A stretch of 64,000 nucleotides of DNA, taken from positions 192,001-256,000 of the forward strand of contig CAWAWS010000033.1 of assembly GCA_963785725.1 (NCBI GenBank). The letters run 5' to 3'. Position 1 is the stretch's first letter. Each line of letters starts with the position of its first letter. A model generated the notes under the pieces. The model was given only the letters and a program-made list of their open reading frames with translations, made no database searches and was not told the origin of the DNA. Origin of the DNA: an uncultured delta proteobacterium (GTDB lineage Bacteria; Myxococcota_A; Polyangia; Palsa-1104). Of the stretch, positions 9,566 through 17,497 are shown one piece after another. Position numbers and translations under genes: made by a program.

Positions 9566-11818
9566 TTGGCGACGATCGTGCTCATTCGCCCGCAATCCCG
9601 CGACTCCGCTATTTCGATCGCCGCGCTCGCGTTGACGCTCGCGGCTTGCGCCTCCGGCCACGGCAGCGCCGACGACGCCGGGCGACCGCCCATCGTCGGC
9701 GGCGACTTGGCGGCGCCGACCGATGCCGCCATGACGGCAACCGATGGCAGCGTCGCGGCCGATGGCGGCGCGGCGGCCGATTTAGGGACGCCGGCGCTCG
9801 CCTGTAAGACCCACTATCTCGACCCGCAAACGTACTTATCGGGCGCCGTCGATTCGCAATGGTATATCGACAATATTCCGTTCCTCGACGTTCCCGACGC
9901 CGAGACGAACAGCAATATTCAGCCGATCTATTATTATCGCTGGAGCACGCTGAAGCGGGCGGCGCGCTATACCGATCCGACGAACGGATATGTATTCCTC
10001 GAATTCCTGGAGCCGCCGGCATATGCGTCGGCGTTCGGCGCCGTCAATGCCGCCGCCGGGCATCATTTGTACGAGGCGCGCTGGCTGCACGATTCGCGTT
10101 ATGGCGACGATTACTTGAACTATTGGCTCAAAGGCGCGGGCACGGCCGGCGTGCGTCAATACAGCTTCTGGGTCGCGGATTCGACGTGGGCGCGCTATCT
10201 CGTCAGTGGCGACGGCGCGTTCGCGCATTCGTTATTGCCGCAGCTGAAAGCCAATTACGACGCGTGGGCCGATCATTTCGACGCGACGCTCGGCCTCTAT
10301 TGGCAAGTGCCGGTTTGGGACGCGATGGAATACATGGCCGATACCTATTCGAGCGAGAATCCCGACAAGGATCCGTACCATGGCGGACCGGGATATCGAC
10401 CGACGATCAACGCCTATCAATATGCGGACGCGCTGGCGATCGCCAATATCGCGCAGACCTTCGACAACGATCCGGCGACGGCGACGACCTATCGCGCGCG
10501 GGCGACGGCGCTGCAAACGGCGATGCAGACGAATCTGTGGGCGCCGACGAGCCACTTCTTCGTGCATCGATATCGCGACAGCAACGCGCTCTTCGACCAA
10601 GGCGGCGGGCGCGAGGAGATTGGCTTCGTGCCATGGCAGTTCAATATGCCGACCGCGGGTTACGAGAGCACGTGGCAGAACACGATCATGAACGCGAGCG
10701 CGTTCTATACGGCGTATGGACCGACGACGGTGGCGAAGGATAATCCGCTCTATTTGTATCAATACACGAAGGGCACCTGCTGCCACTGGAATGGGCCGTT
10801 GTGGCCTTATTCGACGACGCAAACGCTGAAGGCGATGGCGAATCTGCTCAATAATTATCAGCAGACCTACGTGAGCGCGGCCGATTATTTCACGCTGCTC
10901 GAATCCTTCGCGAAGTCGCAATACAAGAACGGTGAGCCCTATGTCGCCGAAGCGCTCGATCCCGACGACACGACGGGCGCGCCGATTTGGACGTACGATA
11001 CGCCGTCGCATAGCGAGCATTACAACCATTCGGGATTCGTCGATCTGGTCATCAGCGGGCTGATTGGGCTACATCCGAGCGCGGACGACATGGTGCATAT
11101 CAAGCCATTGACGCCGGCGGCTTGGGATCATTTCATGCTCGAGAACGTCAGTTATCACGGCCATTATCTGACGATCATTTGGGATCAAACCGGCACGTAT
11201 TACGGCGCCGGCACCGGGTTTACGATCTACCAGGACTGCAATGTGCTGCATACGCAGCCGACGCTGGGCGAAGTCGACGTGCCCTTGGCGAACGGCAGCT
11301 GGGCGCCGGCGCCGTACGTGCGAATGAACAATATCTTCGCCAACGCCAATGGCGCGACCTATCCGACGGCGAGCGCGTCGTATACGTGGTCGGGCGACAA
11401 TATCGCGCAGATCAATGACGGGCTCGTCATCTACGATAAATCGGTCAATGGCAGCCCGAATAACGCACAGCTGCACAATCGCTGGACCAATTACGGCAGT
11501 AAGAATACCAGCGATTGGGTCGCGTTCGACTTGGGTACGGCGCAGACGTTGAATGAGCTGACGCTGCATATCTATAGCGACGGCGGCGGCGTGACGGTGC
11601 CGGCGAGCTATACGATCGAGACGTCTGCCGACGGCGCGACGTGGACGGCGGCCACGAACGTGCAGCGGCAGCCGACGACGCCCGTCGCCGGGCCCAATGT
11701 CGCGACGTTCGATTCGATATCGACGCGCTATGTGCGCGTGACGTTTCCGACGCCGAATTGCCCGAGCGGGACCGGCTGCGCCGGCGTCACCGAGCTCGAG
11801 GCTTGGGTGGCGCCGTAG
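9566..11818 (+). CDS. Six-hairpin (MGH1/GH63-like) glycoside hydrolase lipoprotein with C-terminal F5/8 (CBM32-like) domain
   Basis: Lipobox LAAC, NIPFLDVPD, YYYRW, WDAME, WNGPLWPY, HYNHSGFVDLVISGLIG. Discoidin-like tail (DWVAFDLG, TRYVRV, ELEAW). Start codon uncertain. Confidence 0.75.
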   Translation: MATIVLIRPQSRDSAISIAALALTLAACASGHGSADDAGRPPIVGGDLAAPTDAAMTATDGSVAADGGAAADLGTPALACKTHYLDPQTYLSGAVDSQWYIDNIPFLDVPDAETNSNIQPIYYYRWSTLKRAARYTDPTNGYVFLEFLEPPAYASAFGAVNAAAGHHLYEARWLHDSRYGDDYLNYWLKGAGTAGVRQYSFWVADSTWARYLVSGDGAFAHSLLPQLKANYDAWADHFDATLGLYWQVPVWDAMEYMADTYSSENPDKDPYHGGPGYRPTINAYQYADALAIANIAQTFDNDPATATTYRARATALQTAMQTNLWAPTSHFFVHRYRDSNALFDQGGGREEIGFVPWQFNMPTAGYESTWQNTIMNASAFYTAYGPTTVAKDNPLYLYQYTKGTCCHWNGPLWPYSTTQTLKAMANLLNNYQQTYVSAADYFTLLESFAKSQYKNGEPYVAEALDPDDTTGAPIWTYDTPSHSEHYNHSGFVDLVISGLIGLHPSADDMVHIKPLTPAAWDHFMLENVSYHGHYLTIIWDQTGTYYGAGTGFTIYQDCNVLHTQPTLGEVDVPLANGSWAPAPYVRMNNIFANANGATYPTASASYTWSGDNIAQINDGLVIYDKSVNGSPNNAQLHNRWTNYGSKNTSDWVAFDLGTAQTLNELTLHIYSDGGGVTVPASYTIETSADGATWTAATNVQRQPTTPVAGPNVATFDSISTRYVRVTFPTPNCPSGTGCAGVTELEAWVAP

Positions 11819-12380
11819 CGGCGCTCTCGAAATCGCTGCGTAGCTTGGCAAAGATGAGCGTATCGGAATATTCGCCGTCTTCGATCATATCCTGGCGCAA
11901 TATCCCGTCGAGGCGATAGCCGAGCCGCTTGGGGATATTGGCGGAGCGCGCATTCGTCGACGAGCAGCGGATCTCGACACGATTGAATCCCAACGTAAAA
12001 CAGGCCGATTCGAGGCAGGCGACGGCTTCGCTCATATAACCTTGGCCCTCGAAATCGCCGAGTATCCAATAGCCGAGCTCGCAGCGATTGTGCGGCCAAG
12101 CGATGCTATGGACGCCTACATTGCCGAGATAATTGCCGTCCGCGCGGCGGAAGATGCTGAAGTCGAACGTCTCCGCCGCGCTCCAGCGTTCGCGCGACAG
12201 CTCGATGTAGGCGCGCTCGTCGGCGACAGTCTTGGTTTCGTCGACCCACGGCAAGAAGCGGCGCAGGCGCGCGCGATCGCGATTGACGTACGAAAACATC
12301 AGCGCCGCGTCGGTCATCGAATGACGTCTCAACAGCACTGCTGTGCCTTCGAGCTGCTCGGGTAAGGTCCGCTTGCCCAT
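11787..12380 (-). CDS. GNAT RimJ/RimL-type N-acetyltransferase
   Basis: LRRFLPW, CELGYW, EGQGYMSEAV, RVEIRC, NARSANIPKRLGY. Confidence 0.9.
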   Translation of the reverse strand: MGKRTLPEQLEGTAVLLRRHSMTDAALMFSYVNRDRARLRRFLPWVDETKTVADERAYIELSRERWSAAETFDFSIFRRADGNYLGNVGVHSIAWPHNRCELGYWILGDFEGQGYMSEAVACLESACFTLGFNRVEIRCSSTNARSANIPKRLGYRLDGILRQDMIEDGEYSDTLIFAKLRSDFESAATAPPKPRAR

Positions 12381-12594
12381 TGCTGCACCGTCCTCAGCAT
12401 AATGAATTCGCGGCACTAAATCGATACCGGCGCCGATTTCGCGTGGGACGACGAGATCCCGATCACTCCGAATGGCTCCATCTCGTCTGCAATATCGAAA
12501 CGATTGCCGAGTGACGACGATTTCACGAGCTGCGGGCGCAGTGCATGAGCTTTCCGGGCTTCGAGCGCTCAGTCGTGATGACCGACGCGCGATA

Positions 12595-13176
12595 TCAGCG
12601 ACGGCAGGTCAGGTGAAAGCCGGGTGTGCCACCGCCGCTGTCGAGATGGCCGCAGTAGCTGAGGCAGCGGGTGCCTTTGGCGAAGCAGTCGCATTCGCGG
12701 GCAACGCCGGCGACGGGAGCGCACGCGGCCGGCAGCGCCTTGCACGTGTAATCGGTCGGTAATTCGAAGACGTCGCTGAGGACGATTTCGCAATAGTCGC
12801 GGCTGGCGTCACAATAGTGCGCGCCGCACGGAATGAAGCCGCGCGGCGGTGGCGCGCGGCAGCTGCCTTGCACGTCGAGGTCGACGCCGGCGCGATGAGC
12901 GGCGCATTCGTTGCCGTAGCTTTGTCGATCGCAGCCGCAAACGGGCGCTTCGTCCGCGGCGCAGCTGATTTCCGCTTTGCGACAAATGCCGGGCTTCTTG
13001 CCTTTGCCGCATAAGGCCGGTTTGAATGCGCAGTATTCGTCGGCGGCGCAGGCGGAGCGGTCGCGACAAGCGCGGTCGGCGTGCGGATGGCAGCCGGCGG
13101 CAGCGAGGATGACGAGCGCGAATGACGCGGCGGCGCGGAATTCGCCGAGCGCGCGCGGGCTCCGCTTACGAAGCAT
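12595..13176 (-). CDS. Cys-rich lipoprotein with a Kazal-type domain
   Basis: Lipobox AAGC; Kazal signature CAADEAPVCGCDRQSYGNEC; many further Cys. Confidence 0.7.
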   Translation of the reverse strand: MLRKRSPRALGEFRAAASFALVILAAAGCHPHADRACRDRSACAADEYCAFKPALCGKGKKPGICRKAEISCAADEAPVCGCDRQSYGNECAAHRAGVDLDVQGSCRAPPPRGFIPCGAHYCDASRDYCEIVLSDVFELPTDYTCKALPAACAPVAGVARECDCFAKGTRCLSYCGHLDSGGGTPGFHLTCRR

Positions 13177-13182
13177 CCGTCC

Positions 13183-14472
13183 TCATTCGCGACGGCGACG
13201 ACGAAGCTGCACGCGCCAGGCGCCGGCGAGCGCCAAGAACGCGAGCGCGAGGCAGGCCAACGATGGCGCGCCGCCGCCGCTGCCGAGCATTTGGCAGCTG
13301 CAGCCGTGTGCGACGACGACCGGCGCGCCGCTGCCGGGCACGCCGGCATCGGCGCCGACCGCGCCGCCGCCGCCGCTGCCGCCGACGCCCAAATCTGCGT
13401 TGCCGGGCATTGCGTCGCCGAGCCAGGGCGCGACGCAGAGGTTCGTCGTCTTCTTGCAGCCGCACTCGCTCGGGCAGCCGCTGCCGCACGTGCCCGCGGC
13501 TTTTACGCCGGCATAATTACCCGATTGAAATGCTTTAAGGTCGCTAGTTTCGTCCGCGCCTTGCGCGGCGGCGGCGGCGATCGCGCAATGTGCGGTGGCG
13601 ATGGCGTCGATATCCGATTCGAGAGCGGTATATCCGGCATCGCCGGCGCCATCGGGCGTGCCGTTGGCGACATTGGCCGCTTGCATCGTCGGCAATTGCG
13701 ATTGACCGGCGCCGAGGCTCAGATAGGCGATGACATACTCGGTGCGGCGAACATCGGGATTATTGCCGTTGTTGGCGACGTTATCCCAGCTCATGCCGTC
13801 CTTTTGGACGTAGCCGAATATGCGGCTATAGCCGGTAAAACCCATATTCGGTAGATCGAAGATCATATCGAACATCGGGACGCGCGGATCGGCGCTATCG
13901 CCGCCCGGATAAAAGCGCGCCTTTTGCGCCATCGAGGCAGCGGTCAAGTTGGCGTCATTGTCTTCGATGCCGAGCGCGGCCATGACGCGCCAATCCATCG
14001 AGTTGGGAAAGGCGCTGACGTGGTCGGCCCAAAAGTCGGTGGGCCAACCGCCGGAGACTTGGCCGGTCCAGTCGTTGATGGTTTCGTGCAGTGAGAGTAA
14101 GTAGCCCCAGAAGCCATCGACGCCGTAAGCGTTGCCGTAAAAGGCGTCGCCGGAGACGGTGACGCCGAGGCCGCAGCACTCGCTGCCGGTGTGCGCGCCA
14201 CCGGTCTGCGGACCGGCTTCGAAGGTATAGACGCCGGCTGCGGGAACGTCGAAGAGCATGACGAGCTCTTTGATGACGTTGTCGCCGTAAGCAAAGTATG
14301 CGGACGGAAAGGTTCCGTACTGCGAGATAATGCCGTTATCGACACACCAAACAGTGGTCTTCGAGGCGTAGACCTGGGTTTCGGTCGCGCTGCAGGCCTC
14401 GACGCGAGAGGCAGCGCCGCAGAGGATTGCCGACGCGACGGCGACGGCGAACATCGTTTGCGTTCGGTTCAT
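13183..14472 (-). CDS. Secreted MYXO-CTERM-anchored protein of unknown function
   Basis: Signal peptide. C-terminal GCSC, hydrophobic helix and RRRRR (MYXO-CTERM pattern). GAGG 5 nt before the ATG at 14472. Confidence 0.8.
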   Translation of the reverse strand: MNRTQTMFAVAVASAILCGAASRVEACSATETQVYASKTTVWCVDNGIISQYGTFPSAYFAYGDNVIKELVMLFDVPAAGVYTFEAGPQTGGAHTGSECCGLGVTVSGDAFYGNAYGVDGFWGYLLSLHETINDWTGQVSGGWPTDFWADHVSAFPNSMDWRVMAALGIEDNDANLTAASMAQKARFYPGGDSADPRVPMFDMIFDLPNMGFTGYSRIFGYVQKDGMSWDNVANNGNNPDVRRTEYVIAYLSLGAGQSQLPTMQAANVANGTPDGAGDAGYTALESDIDAIATAHCAIAAAAAQGADETSDLKAFQSGNYAGVKAAGTCGSGCPSECGCKKTTNLCVAPWLGDAMPGNADLGVGGSGGGGAVGADAGVPGSGAPVVVAHGCSCQMLGSGGGAPSLACLALAFLALAGAWRVQLRRRRRE

Positions 14473-14556
14473 GGTCACCTCGTTTCAAGTCGCTCTTATC
14501 AATACGACTAAGTAGGTTCGGCGTGACGAATAATGCGCATTGTTGCGGTTCAATCG

Positions 14557-14659
14557 AGGTAGGCGCCCGACTGACATAGGTCGCTTAGCGCACCTCGTTT
14601 CGAGGTGTCGTGCCTACCTTTGGTCTTGGCACGATGTTCATTAGAGCAGACGTCGTGCC
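14557..14659 (-). ncRNA. Candidate structured 5' leader RNA
   Basis: Outer stem aggtaggc/gcctacct (14557-64, 14612-19) enclosing the hairpin cacctcg-N3-cgaggtg, plus a second hairpin ggcacga/tcgtgcc. Not matched to any Rfam family. Confidence 0.4.
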
Positions 14660-15096
14660 GCGCGCGAGGCCGACTCGGCAGTTTAATTGCGAACACGTCA
14701 TTCGTTTTCAATTCGCGACGAGGAGGCGAGCGCGATCGCGTTTCGACCGTCGCGGCGTGCGTCGCCCGAGGAGGTGAAGGGCTGGGATCGGACGCCCCGA
14801 TTGTCTCCTACGCGAGTCGAAAACCTGTGTGCGCCTATACGTAAATCGCACGGGTTAGGTCGGAGTTTGGACGGCCGGCTTATTGCATTTCGTGCCTGGT
14901 TTGGCAGCAACGCATCTTTGGCTTCGGTCGCGATCAGGGCTGTCCTTCTGGGACCGTGGCGAGCTATCGCGCGTGCGGGATGTTGGGAGCACCGAGGCGC
15001 TGGTTTATCGGCCGGCGACCACGGAGTGACGACGCAGACTGTGCGCGCAATAGGTTTGCCGACGCGATGAATAAGGACACCGCTAACGGAGGATGG

Positions 15097-16224
15097 ATGT
15101 CGAGAGGATATCGGTACGTCGTTGCGATGGCATTGGTGGCGGTGGCGTGCAGCGGCAATAAGGGCAATATGAATGGCGGCAATGGCGGCGGTAGCGGTGT
15201 CGCCGGCGGCAGCGGTGTTGCCGGCGGTAGCGGTGTTGCCGGCGGCAATGCGGGCGGCGGCGGCGCGAGCGGTGGGGCCGACCTCGCGCTGACGAGCGGC
15301 GGCGCCGACCTCGCGCAGGGCGCGCATGACGCCGGCAGCGGCAACGACGCGGGCAGCTGCGTCATGCCGTCGAGCGGGACGCGCACGGCGCCGCCGTTCG
15401 GCACGTCGACGGTCACGACGACCGGCCTCTTGGTTCGCGTCATGAACAACTGCTCGTTCCCGCTTTGGATTCACGGGCAGGGCAATGATGGCGGTACGGG
15501 CACGAATACGCTGGCGCCGGACAACAAAGAGCTATTGCAAGGTCAGGAGCAGGATTACGACGCCAAGACGGCGTTCGGCTCGGCGCGGGTTACGGCGTAT
15601 AAGACGGGACCGCTTCAGGATGAAGCGCAGTTCGTGGAAATGAATTATGCGAATGGGCAGCTCGGTTACAACGTGTCTTATGTCGACTATCTGGGATTGC
15701 CGGTGGAAGTGACGGCGAGCTGCGGGACGACTGCTTGTTACGCGCCGTTGGCGACGATCCTCGACGGCTGCCCGAGTAATTTGCAGGCGACCGACCGCTG
15801 CGTTTCGCCCGACGATTGGTGCAACGATCCGACGAACGCGATGACCGATTATTGCAAAGCGCTCGATACGACGGCGCAGCAGGCGCTGCAGTTGCCGCAG
15901 TGCCAGAGCGATTTGGCGACGTGGCGGGCGAACGGGAACGCGACGGCCGCTATCGGGACGACGCCGAGCGTGTACGCGTGCAAGGATTTCTGGGCGTCGA
16001 GCTCGTATTGCTGCGCAGTCGTCAATCGCGGGGTCGTGGCGTCGAAGACGCCGACGGACGCGTGCGGGTTCTATCAGACGCCGCCGTACAATACGTATTC
16101 GAAGTGGGTGCACGAGAAGTGCCCGATGATCTACTCGTTCCCGTATGACGACGCGGCGGGACAGAGCGGATATCATCAGTGCAATACGAACGAGCTGCGG
16201 ATTACTTGGTGCCCCGGCGGCTGA
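15097..16224 (+). CDS. Thaumatin/GH64-superfamily lipoprotein (putative beta-1,3-glucanase)
   Basis: GGAGG RBS, lipobox AVAC, Gly-rich linker, VMNNCSFPLW, YNVSYVDYLGLP, KCPMIYSFPYDD, ITWCP. Confidence 0.8.
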   Translation: MSRGYRYVVAMALVAVACSGNKGNMNGGNGGGSGVAGGSGVAGGSGVAGGNAGGGGASGGADLALTSGGADLAQGAHDAGSGNDAGSCVMPSSGTRTAPPFGTSTVTTTGLLVRVMNNCSFPLWIHGQGNDGGTGTNTLAPDNKELLQGQEQDYDAKTAFGSARVTAYKTGPLQDEAQFVEMNYANGQLGYNVSYVDYLGLPVEVTASCGTTACYAPLATILDGCPSNLQATDRCVSPDDWCNDPTNAMTDYCKALDTTAQQALQLPQCQSDLATWRANGNATAAIGTTPSVYACKDFWASSSYCCAVVNRGVVASKTPTDACGFYQTPPYNTYSKWVHEKCPMIYSFPYDDAAGQSGYHQCNTNELRITWCPGG

Positions 16225-16294
16225 CGGTCGGCGTGCAGACGGCAGGAGCCGGCTATCATCACCAAACGAGGCAGGACACGGCCTTCGGCTTTCA

Positions 16295-16445
16295 GCTCAG
16301 TGATATTTCTATCACCTCCGGCTCAGTGATATTTCCATCACCTTCGGCTCAGTGATATTTCCATCACCTTCGGCTCAGTGATATTTCTATCACCTTCGGC
16401 TCAGTGATATTTCTATCACCTTCGGCTCAGTGATATTTCTATCAC
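16295..16445. repeat. Tandem array of 26-bp units (5 full and 1 partial) with an internal palindrome
   Basis: Unit gctcagtgatatttc(t/c)atcacct(t/c)cg starts at 16295, 16321, 16347, 16373, 16399 and 16425. Core GTGATA-tttc-TATCAC. Confidence 0.97.
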
Positions 16446-16780
16446 TCTCAATTCGGTGGTTGCGATGGTCGCGTCACGCTGGAGCGAATGCTCGGACCTC
16501 GAGCGTGCCAGCATTGCCAGTCCTTGGCTCGCTCGGGGTGGCAGCAAGCGGCGAGGTGCTGAGCGAGCGCACCGGTGCGAACGGGGGCAGTGACCGTCGA
16601 CCGCGTCGGCGCCGTGTGCGCCATCCCGATTCGCGAGCCCTAGCATTACAATTGTCGTTCGTTCACGCGATGGAGTCGACGTCCGAGCTCGCCGCGATGA
16701 CGGTGCTTACGTCACGCCAGCGCAACCGTACAGCGACCTTTTGCATCGCATCATGAGCACGCAACAGGAGGAGATCGTCA

Positions 16781-17149
16781 ATGCCAAGCCGAGAGCGAGT
16801 CCAAGCATTCATCGACCGAATGGAGCGCGGCGAGCACTACGCGCTGATGACCGAGTTTTACGCGCAAGACGCGACCGCGCAGGAGAACAACGAGCCGCCG
16901 CGCGTCGGTCTCGCCGCGATGATGGAGAACGAGCGCAAAGCAAACGAGCGGCTCAAGTTCCTCAGCACGCGCGCAGCGTCGGTCCTCGTCGACGGCGATC
17001 GGGTCGCGATCAACTGGATCTTCGATATTGTCGCCGCCGAGCATTCGTTCCAAATGGACGAGATCGCTTACCAGGAGTGGCGCGGCGACAAGATCCTCCA
17101 CGAGCGCTACTTCTACGACCCGGCCCAAAGACGGCCGAAAGCGAAGTAA
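16781..17149 (+). CDS. SnoaL/NTF2-like family protein
   Basis: AGGAGG RBS, EFYAQDA, DGDRVAINW, DEIAYQEWRGDKI.HERYFYDP. Confidence 0.88.
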   Translation: MPSRERVQAFIDRMERGEHYALMTEFYAQDATAQENNEPPRVGLAAMMENERKANERLKFLSTRAASVLVDGDRVAINWIFDIVAAEHSFQMDEIAYQEWRGDKILHERYFYDPAQRRPKAK

Positions 17150-17154
17150 CCCAT

Positions 17155-17320
17155 CGACGGCTGTCGCCATCAACTCGCGTCGCTCGGCACAATCCTTTGC
17201 GATTGCCGCCATCAGCTCGCGTCGCGCTGGCATGAGCCTGACGACTGTCGCCATCAGCTCACGGCGCGCTCGACGCGATCCTTGCCGATTGTCGCCGTCA
17301 GCTGACGTCGCGCTCCGGCG
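17155..17320. repeat. Degenerate tandem repeat, about 42-44 bp period, 4 copies
   Basis: Core gtcgccatcagctcgcgtcgc (with variants) at 17163, 17205, 17247 and 17291. Confidence 0.75.
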
Positions 17321-17413
17321 CTGGCTCAATCGCGACGACTCGCATCGCGATTCCGACTGAACATCAATTGGCTCGGGATATTTGTTACTGAGGGAGCTAC
17401 AAGGCGGCTCTTG

Positions 17414-17497
17414 GTGATAGTTATATCACGAACAAGGCCTTCACCGAGCTCGCCGCGATATTTCTATCACCAGCGAGCTCGGTGATATTTCTATTAC
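17414..17497. repeat. Three dispersed copies of the GTGATA-N4-TATCAC motif with a 13-bp inverted repeat
   Basis: gtgatagttatatcac at 17414, gcgatatttctatcac at 17455, gtgatatttctattac at 17482. Inverted repeat tcaccgagctcgc/gcgagctcggtga at 17441 and 17473. Confidence 0.85.

Noticed and set aside
14557..14619. Canonical c-di-GMP-I riboswitch
   Set aside because: Only fragments resemble it. The GCAAA junction and the full second stem are missing, so it is kept as an unassigned structure.
16295..16445. CRISPR or TIGR-type guide array
   Set aside because: Units are contiguous and nearly identical with no unique spacers, and no cas or Nop-domain gene is recognisable in the window.
16295..16445. 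CRP/FNR boxes or lambda-like operators
   Set aside because: The spacing GTGA-N8-TCAC does not fit CRP (N6) or FNR, and the TATCAC..GTGATA span is 22 bp rather than the 17 bp of lambda operators.
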